Below, one piece after another: positions 1 to 13,292 of a stretch of 64,000 bases of DNA. Numbering within the stretch: position 1 is the first letter of the stretch; each line of letters begins with the position of its first letter. The notes below the pieces were generated by a model. That model was not told where the DNA came from. It did not search any database and was given only the letters and a program-made list of their open reading frames with translations. The stretch comes from the human T2T-CHM13v2.0 reference genome, Homo sapiens, in the NCBI RefSeq assembly GCF_009914755.1, contig NC_060947.1; one strand, 5' to 3'. The position numbers and the translations under genes are program-made.

Positions 1-1399
1 TCTTTTCTAGACGTATAGTTATTTCATAAAGTAAAGTAAATCTGTGCTCCCCTTACAATTCTAAACTTGGTGATACCTGTCCCTTAAATAAGTTTAAACA
101 ATTTGGAATAAGCCAGAAGAGACATAAAGGCCGTATATCTAAACACATTCTCTGTACATTGGAGGGAACTAGACTCGGCAGTGACACGAGACATGTGCGA
201 AGAGTCATCCAAAGGGTCATCGAGGGAAAAGGGTGAGGACCTACACTCCAGTCTCAAATCAGCCAGCAATCTCCAGGGCTTGCCATTCTGTCTATCCTCG
301 TAACCATGCCTGTTTAATATTTCATTTCATATTATGCTTTGTGCATAAAACAATCAGACATGAAAACAAGTAAAAACTTTTATTGAGTACTCACAGATTT
401 TTAAGGCATCTGTGGCATGGGAACAGCCCTGACCAGTGTCACATCCACTGCTACTCACACTGTCACAAGAAAATAGGAAAATAACATCAACACAAGCAAA
501 ACTCAGAAACAATTATCTGTATTAGTTAAAACTTAGAGTCTTAAAAGTTATGGCTAACTACAATAGGATATGCAAAGACTACAAATGCATTTTATATATC
601 ATCTGGCTTTCTATATTGTTTAATTTTTTTAAAAAAAAGAAAAATACAAAAAGGAAACTAACAGGCGTCCCTATTTCCACCACTCTTTTTCAAAAGTAGA
701 TGATCTTCGTTTCGGACTAAATACGTATTATCTCCAAAAATGTTCTAGAACTTTCTTTCTTAAAAAATTATCTTCTATAAGCTGGTGTTTTCCACATTTG
801 TTTATTTCTCATGAAGTTAGAAGGAAGCTTGGGCAACTGCATTGATTACATTTTTGAAAATTAATTTGCAGATGACAGTCTGAAGCAGCTAACTCCCTTG
901 AAATATTCCCTGGTTTTCAGAATCCATCAACTCCAACCATATCCCTCTTGTCTTAGTATTTCTGATTGCTTTTCTCAACAAACTGTTAATTAATATTTGG
1001 TCTCTCAAACACAATTTACCTGACATTTTCTGAAAAACAAAACAAAACAAAACAAAAAACAGATTTGCCTACCTGGGCATCTGCTTTTGCCTGAAATCAG
1101 ATCTATTGACTATTTCCAAAAAATTATAGTCTTCTTTCTACAACATCCTCTCATTTTGTCCATTTGATTTTTATGAGCAATACCGTCTTTTTATACCACA
1201 CTCTTAAGAGGTCATATAGTCCATCTCACCATTTATTCTGTGCTTCTGGTTAACAATTTAGATAACTTTTTTTTTTTACAAAAGTAAAGATTACTTGATA
1301 TTTCAATGTATTTTGATGGTTCTATATACATCTTAAATTAAGACTATTGTGGAAATAATAGATATTTCATCATTTATGTAAGAGACCATTCCAAAGTGG

Positions 1400-1585
1400 A
1401 TAGAAGGAAGCAGAGTCTCCCTTAGTGCCTCCAGAAAGAAATGTGGCCCTGCCAGCACCTTGATTGTAGCCATGTGTGACCTGCATAAGACTTGCGACCC
1501 ACAGAAATGTAAGACAGTAATTTTTATTATTTTAAGCCACTAAATTTGAGGTAATGTGTTACAGCAGCAACAGGAATCTAATACA
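1400..1585 (+). mobile_element. MLT1 (ERVL-MaLR) LTR, 3' part
   Basis: GCCCTGCCAGCACCTTGATT..TTTAAGCCACTAAATTTG..GTTACAGCAGCAACAGGAATCTAATACA is a typical MLT1 3' end. Confidence 0.8.
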
Positions 1586-1754
1586 GTCTCCAAACCTCGT
1601 TTTGCACAATACTTGCAATCTTCAGTCCTTCAGTCCCTTTTATCATAGTGTGTACAGAAACAGATTAATCTGAACTTCATCTCTATTACTTTTCTTTACC
1701 TGTTTTGTGGGAGGGTAGCTAATAAAAGTGAATAAATTTTTAAAAATTGTTTTA

Positions 1755-2579
1755 ACAGCAATAATAGAACAACCTGATTAAAAAATAGGCAAAAGACCTG
1801 AACAGACACCTCACCAAAGAAGATAACAAACAGTAAATAAATATGTGAAAAGATGCTCTAAATCATATGTCATTAGGGAAATGCAAATTAAAGCAACAAT
1901 GAGATACCACTATACACCTATTAGAATGGCCATAATTCTGAACACTGTCAAAAACAAATGCTAGCAAGGATATGGAGCAATAGAAATGCTAACACTTAGA
2001 TAATGGGAATTTAAAATATTGCAGCCACTTTGGAAGAGAGTTTGGCAGCTTCTTAGAAAACTAAATATACCTTTACCATATAATTGAGCAATTGCACTCC
2101 TTGATATTTTTCTAAAGGAGTTGAAAACTTATGTTTACACAAAAGCTTACACAGGTATGTTTATAACAGCTTTATTCATAATTGTCAAATCATGGAAGCA
2201 ACTAAGATGTCCCTCAATAAGTGAATGGATAAATAAACTGTGGTATATCCAGACAATGAAATGTTATTCAGCACTAAATAGAAATGAGCTATCGAGTCAT
2301 AAAAAGGCCTAGAGAAACAAACCTTCAATGCATTATTACTTAGTGGAAAAAGTCAATCTGAAGAGGCTACATACTGGATGATTCCAAGTCCGTGACATTC
2401 TTGAAAAGGTAGAACTATGAAAATAGTAAAAAGATTAGGGGTTGGGAGTGGGGGATGAATAGGTGGAGCACGGAAGGATTTTAAGGAGGTGAAAAAACTC
2501 TCCTATGAAACTGTAACCATGGATACATGTCATTATACATTTGTCAAAACCCACATGATATACAAACAAGAGTAACCCT
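1755..2579 (+). mobile_element. Old L1 (L1MB/L1MC-type) ORF2 end and 3'UTR
   Basis: ORF 2121-2312 (FITALFIIVKSWKQLRCPS..EWINKLWYI) is the L1 ORF2 C-terminus; GGCAAAAGACCTGAACAGACAC motif present. Confidence 0.85.
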
Positions 2580-4250
2580 GGAGGACAGAGCAGCATGGTA
2601 GAACAGAAGCGTCCACCGTTTGTCCCCCATCTGCAAGAACACCAAATTTTAACAACTATCTGCACACAGAAAAGGACCTTCATAAGATCCTTCATAAGAT
2701 CCATAAGCCCTTCATAAGATCCTTCATAAGATCCAAAAATCTGGCGAGCAAACATAGCACCTGGTTTTAACTTTACATCACTAGAAGAGGCACTGAAGAG
2801 GGTAAGAAAGACAGTCTTGAATGACTGATGCCACTCATCCCCACTCCCCTGGCAGCAGCTGCGTGGCACAGAGAGCGAATCTGTATACTTGAGGAAGGGA
2901 GATAGCAGTGACTGGGGGACTTTGCATTAAACTCAGTGACGTACTGTTACAGTAGCAAGCAAAACTGTGCTGAACTCAGCTGGTGCCTGACCATGGAGGG
3001 AGCATTTGGACCAGACCTTGCCAGAGTGAAGTGCCCAGATTAGTGGTCAGAACTTGGGTTTCTTGGCAAGCCTCGCCACCACGGGTTAAAGTGCTCTGGG
3101 GTCGTAAGTGAACTTGAAAGGCAGTGTAGGACACAAGGACTGCACTTCTAAGGCAAGTCCTGATGCTGTGCTGGGCTTAGAGCCAGTAGGCTGAAGTAGT
3201 GTGTGACCTGGTGAGACATCTCATGGGGTTGTAGGGGGAGTGCTTGCACCACTCCTCCCACAACCCCAGGCAGCACTGCATGCAGCAATGAAAGTGCTTG
3301 AGGAGGGAGAGGGACAAGTAAGGACGTTGTCTTGCATCTTGGATAGCAGCTCAGCCACAGTAGGATAGGAGAAACAGCAGATCCGTGAGGCCGCCATTCC
3401 AGGCCCTAGCTCCCAGATGACATTTCTAGACACGCCCTGGGTCAGAAGGAAACTTGCTGCCTGGAAGGGAAGAACCCAATCCAGGCAGGATTCATCATCT
3501 GCTAACTGAAGAGCCCTTGGGCCCTGAATAACTAACAGTGATATACAGGTAGTATGCCACGGGGCTTAGGGGAGAGTCTGAAATGCGCTGGCTTCAGGTA
3601 CCAGCTTTGCGACAGTGGAGTAGAGTACTAAGCAGGCTCTTGGGGTTTCCAAGTCCAGGCCTAGGCTCTTGGACAGCATTTCTGGACCTGTCTTGGTTCA
3701 GAGGGGAGCCAGCTTCCCTGAAGGGAGACTCCCAGATCTGGCAGCATTCACCACAAGATGACTGAAGAACCCTTGGGCCTGAAGTGAACATTGGCAGTGG
3801 CATAGCAGAACTCCCCATGGGCCAGTGGAGGTAGTGGCCTCAGGGAGAGGCTCCTCTGCCAATAGAAAGGGAAAGAAAGATCAGAAAGGACTTGGTCTTG
3901 CAGTTTGAGTGCCAGTTTACCGGCAGTTTAATAGAATACCAGGTAGATTTCTAAGGTTTTGACCCTAATCCCTGACTGCCAGACGGCATTTCTGGGACTT
4001 GCCTGAGGCCTGGGAACACTTGAAACCCTGAAGGGAAGAATACAAACCTGGAATGCTTGGCCACCTGCTGATTCTATTACCCTATGGTCTTCAGTGAACA
4101 CAGAAACCTAGCCAGGTATTAGTCACAGCGAGCCTTGAGACAGACCCAGTGTTTTGCTGGCTTCAGGCCTGACCCACTGCAGTTCCAATGGTGGTGGCCA
4201 CCAGTGTGTGCTTCTGTCACCCCATCCGCAGCCTATGGCCAGCCACTTCT
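2580..4250 (+). mobile_element. L1 5'UTR (L1M/L1PB-type 5' end) with internal diverged monomer repeats
   Basis: GC-richer block opening GAGCAGCATGG..AACACCAAATTTTAACAACTATC. The motif GAAGGGA..CTGAAGA.CCCTTGGGCC recurs at ~3465 and ~3720, more diverged at ~4030. A 12-bp CCTTCATAAGAT tandem sits at 2677-2734. Confidence 0.7.
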
Positions 4251-4254
4251 CTCA

Positions 4255-6090
4255 ATACTATTTATTAAATAGAAAATCTTTTCCCCATTGCTTGTTTTTG
4301 TCAGATTTGCCAAAGATCAGATGGTTGTAGGTGTGCAGTCTTATTTCTGAGTTCCCTATTCTGTTCCCTTGGTCTATGTGTCTGTTTTTGTTTTTTTGAT
4401 GGGGTTTTCTAGATATAGGATCACGTTATCAGCAAATAAAGATAATTTGACTTCTGCTCTTCCTATTTGAATACATTTTATTTCTCTCTCTTGCCTGATT
4501 GCCTTGGCCAGAACTTCCAATTCTATGTTGAATAGGAGTGGTGAGAGAGGGCATCCTTGTCTTGTGCCTGTTTTCAAGGGGAATGCTTCCAGCTTTTGCC
4601 CATTCAGTATGATATTGGTTGTGGGTTTGTCATATAAGGCTTTTATTATTTTGAAGTATATTCCTCAATACCTAGTTTATTGAGAGTTTTTAACATGAAG
4701 GGATGTTGAATTTTATCAAAGGCCTTTTCCGTGTCTATTGAGATAATCACATAGTTTTTGTTTTTAGTTCTTTTTGTAATTAATTACATTTATTGATTTG
4801 TGTATGTTGAACCAACCTTGCATCCTAGGGATGCAGCCAGCTTGATCATGGTGAATAAGCTTTCTGATGTACTGCTGAATTTAATTTGCCAGTATTTTAT
4901 TCAGAATTTTTGCATCAATGTTTATCAGGGATATTGGCCTGAAGTTTTCTTTTTTCTTTTTCTTTTTGTTTTTTGTATCTTTGCCAGGTTTTTGTATCAG
5001 GATCATGCTGGCCTCATAAAATGAGTTACAGAGAAGTCCACCCTTTTCCATTGTTTGGAATAGTTTCAGCAGAAATGGTACCAGCTCCTCGTTCTACCTT
5101 TGGTAGGATTCAGGCATAAATTCATCTGCTCCTGGGCTTTTTTTGGTTGGTGGGCTATTTATTACTACCTCAATTTCAGAAGTCACTATTGGTCTATTTA
5201 CAGATTCAGTTTCTTCCTGGCTCAGTCTTGAAAGGGTGTATGCCTTCAGGAATTTATCCATTTCTTCTAGATTTTCTAGTTTATGTACATAGAGGTGTTT
5301 ATAGTATTCTCTGGTGGTTGTATTTCTGTGGTGTCAGTGGTGATACTCCCCTTACCATTTCTGATTGTGTCTACTTGTTTCTTCTCTCTTTTCTTCTTTA
5401 TTGGTCTAGCTAGCAGTCTATCTATTTTGTTAATTTTTTTTTAAAAAAGCAGCTCCTGACTCCACTCTAGTCTTGGTTATTTCTTGTCTTCTGCTATATT
5501 TGGGGTTTGTTTAATCTTGGTTCTTTAGTTCTTTTAGTTGTAGTGTTAGGTTGTCAATTTGAGATCTTTGTGGCTTTTTGATGTGGGCATTTAGTGCCAT
5601 ACATTTCCCTCTTAACACTGCTTTAGCTGCGTCCCAGAGATTCTGGTACATTGTCTCTTTGTTCTCATTAGTTTCAAAGAACTTCTTAATTTCTGCCTTA
5701 ATTTCATTATTTACCCAGCAGTCATTCCGGAACAAGTTGTTTAATTTCCATGTAGTTGTGTGGTTTTGAGTGAGTTTTTTAATCTTGAGTTCTAATTTGA
5801 TTGTGCTGTGATCTGAGAGGCTGTTATAATTTCAGTTCTTTTGCATTTGTCTAGGAGTGTTTTACTTCCAAATATGTGATAAATTTTAGAGTTGTTATAA
5901 TTTCAGTTCTTTTGCATTTGTCTAGGAGTGTTTTACTTCCAAATATGTGATAAATTTTAGAGTAAGTGTCATGTGGTGATGAGAAGAACTTAAATTCTTT
6001 TGTTTTGGGGTGGAGAATTCTGTAGATACCTATCAGATCCACTTGATCCAGAGCTGAGTTCAGGTCCTGAATATCTTTGTCAAATTTCTG
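4255..6090 (-). mobile_element. L1PA/L1PB ORF2 fragment (EN to RT) with internal deletions
   Basis: Minus-strand ORFs [28 protein letters not shown] (RT), [15 protein letters not shown] and DLIGIYRILHPK..FFSSPHDTYSKI (endonuclease). Confidence 0.95.
5822..5963. repeat. Perfect 71-bp tandem duplication inside L1
   Basis: 5822-5892 is identical to 5893-5963 (TGTTATAATTTCAG...AAATTTTAGAGT). Confidence 0.95.
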
Positions 6091-8707
6091 TTAGTTTTTT
6101 ATTTCTTTTCCCTACTTGATGGTGGGTTTTTTGAGGATCAGACCTGTGACTTATTAATTACTATATCTTTTTTCTGTACTAAAAAAAGTGCTTGAGGTTC
6201 TATCTAGTATGTATTTGTTGAGTGAGTACATAACTCAATATTACTGGTAAAAGCAGCAAATCATAGTATAAGAAATTATTTTCAGAGGGCTCATTTCAGA
6301 GCACAGATGATCCATTGACCATTTTTAAATTGTGGCTAAAATCTATCTTTTATACAGATCCTTGCCAGCAAATTCCTTTGGGATTAACTAGAGTAAGAAC
6401 TTGTTAGCAGTTCTTGCTTATGCTAATGTTTTATAATTTCATGAAGTTAAATGTGTGATGAATAAAGAGTCTATTACCCATACCATTTCAAAGATTTTTC
6501 TACATTTACCTGTTGCTTTCAAAGAGCAGTTTATACACAGAGGCATTTTAAACATATATAATAACAGTTTCTATTATATCTTATCTTAACAACCCCTGAA
6601 AGATCATTTGAGTAACATAAAGCTCATTTGAGAAGACAAAATGTATTTATTTGGGATACATTAGCAGAAGTTACTCCAGAGAGGAGTATCAGGTACCATG
6701 AACTAGGTCATGCTGCAGTGAAAAAACAACCTCCAATATTAGTGAATTAGAAGAATAGTTTATTTCTTGGTCATACTATATGGCTATCATAGATTGAGAC
6801 TATGCAGTCAGAAATCCATGCTGAGGGAGGCTCAGTTTTTACACGTTTCTACGATCATTGTATGTAGCAGGAGAAAGGAATCTGAAAAATTGTTCAGTGG
6901 CTCTTAAATTTGAAACTAATGTACAGCACTTCCCCCCACCCATGTTTTTTGCCAAATAAGTTATATTTTCACACATAACTTCTACATTGTCGAGAATGTG
7001 TAATATCACTATGTGCCGAAAAAGAGAAGAACACGAACATTTTTAAAACACTAAAAACAATTCAGTCATTATATGGAACTTTAATTTTTTTTTTACTTAT
7101 TTCCTAGTGTTTCCCTGCTGATTAAACATAGATACCAGACTGGGGATTCTGTTAAGACAATGCCATGTTATTTGATTTTTAGTTTACCTAAGAAATTTAA
7201 CCATAAAGGTACTTTGCAGTATTCTCATTCTGGTTATACTTTAAAATGTGCATTCTTACATTTTGTTTTTGTTTGGAATTCTGTTCAAAAACAAATATTA
7301 AAGAGAGCGTTATAAAAATGTAATATTGTAGCATTGCTAAGCATTATTTTATTAAGACATAAAGATCAAAAGATCTTTTTCTGCCTACAATGTCAGATTA
7401 AAGATATACTAAACAACTGTGTTATTAGGGACAAAAATAATTTTTGTGTGTCCTTATGGAGAAGATTATTAGTTGTTTACTCCAATATCCTTTACCCTCT
7501 TCTCCTCACTGACAAAACCTTGATTTCAGGTAGTCATGAAAGGTTTCCTTTCATGCCAAAGTCAACTTCTAAATGCTTTTCTACTGTGCATTTCATTTTG
7601 TTTTTAACATGGCAAGCTTACCATAAAAAGGCAAATATCTTTACCTGTAACTATAGTCTATAGCTTCAATAATTTTGGAACTTTAGATCTAATCAAACAA
7701 TTTCCAGAACTATATATATATATGTATGTATTCACACACATACATTTTGAAATGTGAAACAGAATTCTTATATTTTATCCCAAACTGTGAAAGTAGACTC
7801 AATTTTCACTGTTCATTAAACTGAGTCAATTTTGTTACTTATACTCACAGATATACCCAGAACATTGCTTTGAAGTTTGACTCTCATTTAATATGTGATA
7901 CTGTAAATTATTTAAAATAAAAAGTAAAAATACAAAATCTTTTGAGGTGACCCAGGCAAAGTCAACATCACAAAGAAGCCATTTAATCCAGAAGATACAA
8001 AGGACCAAAGAGTTCGATTTGTAGAATTATTACTAAATAATTTGGCAATAATAGAATTTTATATTTTCAAATAAGTTAACATAATGTATCTAAAATATCC
8101 TAGTTTTATGGTACCTATAATGCACCCTTCGAGTTCAATGCATTAATCTATCTTTTATTGTTTACTAAAGCCAAATAATAAAGCAATTATTTGAATGTTC
8201 TGGTTAGTTATAATATGAACATTTAATGAAACAAATGCAGTGAGCCAAAATGTTATTTTTCTTAATAACTTCTCTCCCAAAACAACCAATAGAGAAATAA
8301 AATATCTTGCAGTATATACAATCTTTATAATTTGCTTAAAATATTGGTTTGAGTACAATTTACTTGGGGAAATTATAATATACTTCTTTTTAATCATGTG
8401 CTAAGATTAAATTTAAAAGTACTTGAACTATTTTTAATAAGCTAGGCACAAGTACATTGGCACATGGTTTCTGATGACTTTCACATTGAGAAGTCCCATG
8501 TTATCAAAATTGTCCCAATTTTTACCTGCTGAGCACTTTTTACATCTAAAACAATTACATAGACAGAGACAAATAAACATGAAAAAAAAACTAAAAGCAT
8601 AGCAATAAATGTCAATATATGCCTCAATTTCATTAATAGAAATCTGCATTATTTTCTTTTGACCTGGCCTTCCTTGTCATATCACTATTTTTATTCTATT
8701 TTATCTT

Positions 8708-10172
8708 TGTTGGGAATGAAGTTTTTGGTGTTGCAAAAAAAGAATTAACATGAGAACAAATGGTCTCTCAGCAAGACGAGCTTTACTTTCTGCAGAAAGG
8801 GTGCTACTCAATAGCTATCCAGCCACGAGAGCACACCCAACAAAGGAGACAGAGTTATTTATAACCTGATGCAGCTACCCTACTGCTGTGTCCAGTTCCT
8901 ATTGGCTGGAATAGGACCTCTCATTTTACACTTTACCCAATTGGCTATTAGTTTAAAACTTTTTTAACTGGGTAAGGGGAACAGAACAAAGAAAGAAAAG
9001 GAAATTGCCCAGGGATAGTTAAGGAAGCATCTCCAAATAAGGAATGGCCTACACTATGGGCTGGGGCTTGTCTAGTTCTGTCCAAGCATGCTGGAGCAAG
9101 CTAGGACAGCTGATTGGGAATATATATATACTATATATAAATATATATATACACTATATATAAATATATATACTATATATAAATATATATACACACTATA
9201 TATAAATATATATACACTATATATAAATATATATATACACTATATATAAATATATATACACTATATATAAACATATATATACACTATATATAAATATATA
9301 TACGATATATAAATATATATAGCATTTTATATATACTATATATAATATATATAGCATTATATATATATTATATATAATATATATAGCATTATATATATAC
9401 TATATATAATATATATAGCATTATATATATACTATATATAATATATATAGCATTATATATATACTATATATAATATATATAGCATTATATATACTATATA
9501 TAATATATATAGCATTATATATACTATATATAATATATATAGCATTATATATACTATATATAATATATATAGCATTATATATACTATATATAATATATAT
9601 AGCATTATATATACTATATATAATATATATAGCATTATATATATATAGTATATATACTATATATAGTATTTTATATATATACTATATATACTATATATAG
9701 TATTATATATAATACTATATATAGTATTTTATATATATACTATATATAGTATTATATATAATACTATATATAGTATTTTGTATTAATACTATATATAGTA
9801 TTTTATATAATACTATATATAGTATTTTATATAATACTATATATAGTATTTTATATAATACTATATATAGTATTTTGTATATAATACTATATATAGTATT
9901 ATATATAATACTATATATAGTATTATATATAATACTATATATAGTATTATATATATAAACTATATATAGCATTTTACATATAAACTATATATAGTATTAT
10001 ATATATGCTATACATAGCATTTTATATATATTATATACAGTATTTTATATATAGTTTTTATATATAATATTTTATATATATAGTATATATATATTAATAC
10101 TGGATAGCAATCTTATAGTAAGAAATTGTGACTTTTTATAATCTTTGAAGAATAACTTTCCCATTTCTCACA
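8708..10172 (-). mobile_element. ERV1 solo LTR, LTR10-like, containing an AT-rich VNTR
   Basis: TG...CA termini with 4-bp TSD TCTT (8704-8707 and 10173-10176). The minus strand carries CACCCTTTCTGCAGAAAGTAAA..CTTGCTGAGAGA, which I recall as LTR10-family. Confidence 0.75.
9121..10095. repeat. Compound AT-rich minisatellite (~1 kb)
   Basis: Successive unit types: ~21-23 bp TATATATACACTATATATAAA, 30-32 bp AGCATTATATATACTATATATAATATATAT (exact copies 9481-9630), and ~24 bp TACTATATATAGTATT(A/T)TATATAA. Confidence 0.97.
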
Positions 10173-10835
10173 TCTTCAATAGCTTTCTATAGTTTAAAAG
10201 AATTTAGAATTATAAAGCAATCTAAGTTTTAAAATCTCTGCTTCTATACTCGGAATTCAGATTCTTTTTAAACTATAAAAAATAACTTCATAAAATAGAT
10301 GAAAGAAGTTTAAATATTAATGCTATCAGGTGCATATTTACCCTAATTCCATGTACATAAACCTAGTAACACATAAACAGATATATCTGAATAAAGTTTG
10401 AATAATATAAATTCATCGTTTTGAATAAATTAAAATCAACATGTAAATTGACAGTAAATTTACTCAGTGTAAATTATTCTGAATTTCCTCTGATATTTAC
10501 AAGTTTAGAAACCACAAATTTACCAAAAGTTCATGTGCTTAACTAATTGACTAGGTTCAGTTCATTGTTATGGCAAAAATACAAATGTTGAAAATGACAC
10601 TGAAATAAATAAAGCAAAAACTATTCAGAACTCTGTTAAAATCTAGAGGACCACAAAAAATTCTTCCTTTTATTATCATTAGTGAACAGTAATAATAATT
10701 AGAATAAATTAGAATTGAAGATGTTTAAGTCTTCTCGTCTTGCAACTCAAAATACATATGTTACAAGAGGAAGCATAGGTTTTCAGGCTCCTCTTCTGGA
10801 AAGTCTGATTCAATTGGTGTGGAATAGGGCCCAGA

Positions 10836-11317
10836 TGAAGGAAGAGAAAGACCCTCTCATATTATTTTATATTGTTTTATACTCAGTACCTGTTTTAAGA
10901 AAAAACAACAAGGAGGTAAAACCAAAGACAGGCAGCCCGGCGCCAGGCCCAAAACCAGGCCTGGGCCCGCCTGGACTAAACCCAGTAGTTAAAAATCAAC
11001 TTATGATTTAGAAGCCGACGTTATTCATAGATTCCTTACATTGTATAGAAGAACATTGTGAAACTCCCTGCCCTGTTCTGTTCCTCCCTGACCACTGATG
11101 CATGCAGCCCCTGTCACATACCGCCTGCTTGCTCAAATCAATCATGACCCTTTCATGTGAAATCTTTAGTGTTGTGAGCCCTTAAAAGGGATAGAAATTG
11201 TGCACTTAGGGGGCTCGGATTTTAAGGCAGTAGCTTGCCGATGCTCCCAGCTGAATAAAGCCCTTCCTTCTACTACTCGGTGTCTGAGAGGTTTTGTCTG
11301 CGGCTCGTCCTGCTACA
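10836..11317 (+). mobile_element. LTR15-like ERV1 solo LTR inserted in a MER5-type fragment
   Basis: Starts TGAAGGAAGAGAAAGACCCTCTCATATT and ends CGGCTCGTCCTGCTACA; AATAAA near 11255; 4-bp TSD CAGA (10832-10835 and 11318-11321). Confidence 0.88.
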
Positions 11318-11569
11318 CAGAGACTTATTTTTTAAATAAATACCTCAAAATAGACATATCAGAAAAATTTCAGGAAAAAATGAACTAGCCTATGCAAGAA
11401 ATTTTGTGAAGGCCCGTAATCTAAATGACACCTGGTTCCAAAAGACAAGCTAACATTATGCTTAGGATGCCAAAGGCCACCTCTGTGTTCCTGACAATCA
11501 TCACTCCTCACACTGACTCGGCCACGCTTGCCAGAGAAAAGACCTCAGGGTACATTTAGAAGTTTGCTG

Positions 11570-12155
11570 GAGGTTTGCCCAAGATGACAGACTAGAAGCA
11601 TCTAGTGTGTGCATCGCTCTCATGGAGAGAAATAGAAGGAGTAAATAAATACAGTACCTTCGACTGAAACATCCAGGTACATACATTGGGATTCATCTAG
11701 AAAACAACTCGACCCATTCAATACAGAGAAAAGCAAGGCAGGATGACTGCCCACCAGGGAGTGACACAGAGCCAGGGGAGTCTCCCCCACTCAGGGAAGC
11801 AGTGAGTGAGTGAGCAACCCCAGAGACTCAAGCTTCTCCTATGGATGTTTCCAAACCTCGGCTCAGGAGATCCCCTTGTGAACCCACTCCAGCAGGGCCT
11901 TCAGTCTGACACACAGAGCTACATGAGTTTTGGCAGAGCAGTCGCTTAGGCACACGCAGAGCCCCAGGAGTTTGAGATACCCAAGCTTTCTGGCAAAAGC
12001 AGTTGCAACTCTGGCAAGGTGGGAGGTTAGACCCTCATACATACCCCTAGGAAAGGGGCTGAATCCAGGGTGCTGAGCAGCAGTGGTCTGCAGGCCCCAC
12101 TTCCACCGCACCTCACAGGATAAGACTCACTGGCTTGGAAATTCAGCCAGCCACA
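11570..12155 (+). mobile_element. L1PA (old primate) 5'UTR fragment
   Basis: Begins CCAAGATG..ACTAGAAGCA; similar to the reverse complement of the L1 5' end at ~52030-52612. Confidence 0.8.
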
Positions 12156-12159
12156 GGTA

Positions 12160-12941
12160 AGCAGATGAGGACTAAACTCTGATTTTCTTATCTTGCCCAA
12201 ATTCTTGCCTAAGGGGTCTGAGGAGTCATGCCCTACAAATCAAAAATTCTCATCACATGGGTTTTATTTAACCCTATATATTGTGACTTACTTTCCAACC
12301 TGACTCTAGCATAACATCAAGACACAAGGAAGAAAATCAAAATATTTTACCGCACAACAGGTTTCTTTGCCGTATCTTGAAATGGCCCTGCAAAGCTGTC
12401 CTTTGTGGGGCAAAATTTGCGTCTATAAAGAATCTCTATTAACATAGCTAGGTCTTTTTCTGCCAGGCCCTCCTAATCCTAAAGAGATTGACTAAAAGTC
12501 TAGCACCTTTTAAAGATCTGAATAGGAAACATTTGTCATCTATTGTCTCTAAGGGCAACCACTATAAGATTTCAAAAGAACCTTGGTCTCCACAATCTTT
12601 TATCTTAATATGAACATTTCCTTTCTATGATCCCAGGTCTTTAGACAAACGCAATCGTCAACAAAAAAATGTTTACATTTACCTATAGCCTGGAAGCACA
12701 CTCCCGCCCCCGCACTTTGAGTTGTCCCGCCTTTCTGGACCAAACCAATGTATTTCTTAAATGCATTTGATTGATGCCTCATGCCTCTCAAAAAATGTAT
12801 AAAACCAAGCTGTGCCCTGGCCACCTAGGGCACATGTTCTCAGGACCTCCTGAGGGCTGTGTCATGGGCCATGGTCAGTTTTATTGGGCTCAGAGTAAAT
12901 CTCTTCAAATATTTTACAGAGTTTGTCTCTTTTTGTCAACA
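12160..12941 (+). mobile_element. MER4 (MER4A-like) ERV1 LTR, 5'-truncated
   Basis: GAGGACTAAACTCTGA..GGAGTCATGCCCTACAAA..CACATGTTCTCAGGACCTCCTGAGGGCTGTGTCATGGGCC..TTGTCAACA. Confidence 0.85.
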
Positions 12942-13003
12942 TCTGTATAATATAATGCCTATAGTTAACAATATTAAATTATGCACTTAAAAATTTGTTA
13001 AAA

Positions 13004-13292
13004 GGCCGGGCACGGTGGCTCATACCTGTAATCCTAACACTTTGTGAGGCCAAGGCGGGCGGATCAGGAGGTCGGGAGTTCGAGACCAGCCTGGCCAACA
13101 TGGTGAAACCCCGTCTCTACTAAAGATGCAAAAAATCAGCTGGGTGTGGCGGTGCACACCTGTAATCCCAGCTACTGGGGAGGCAGGGGCAGGAGAATCA
13201 CTTGGACCGAGAGGCGGAGGTTGCAGTGAGCCGAGATTGTGCCACTGCACTCCAGCCTGAGTGACGGGGCAAGACTCCGTCTCAAAAAAAAA
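13004..13292 (+). mobile_element. AluS inserted in an L1M 3' end (L1 fragment ~12942-13495)
   Basis: GGCCGGGCACGGTGGCTC start, dimeric body, A-tail, TSD-like ATTTGTTAAAA on both sides. Confidence 0.97.

Noticed and set aside
8520-8580. Possible 20-nt minus-strand micro-exon (TTTTAG|ATGT..GCAG|GTAAAA)
   Set aside because: Weak donor; such matches are expected by chance in AT-rich DNA.
9453-9972. Repetitive ORFs (MLYILYIVYI)n and a CRISPR-like periodicity
   Set aside because: These are translations of an AT minisatellite; there are no unique spacers, no cas genes, and the context is eukaryotic.
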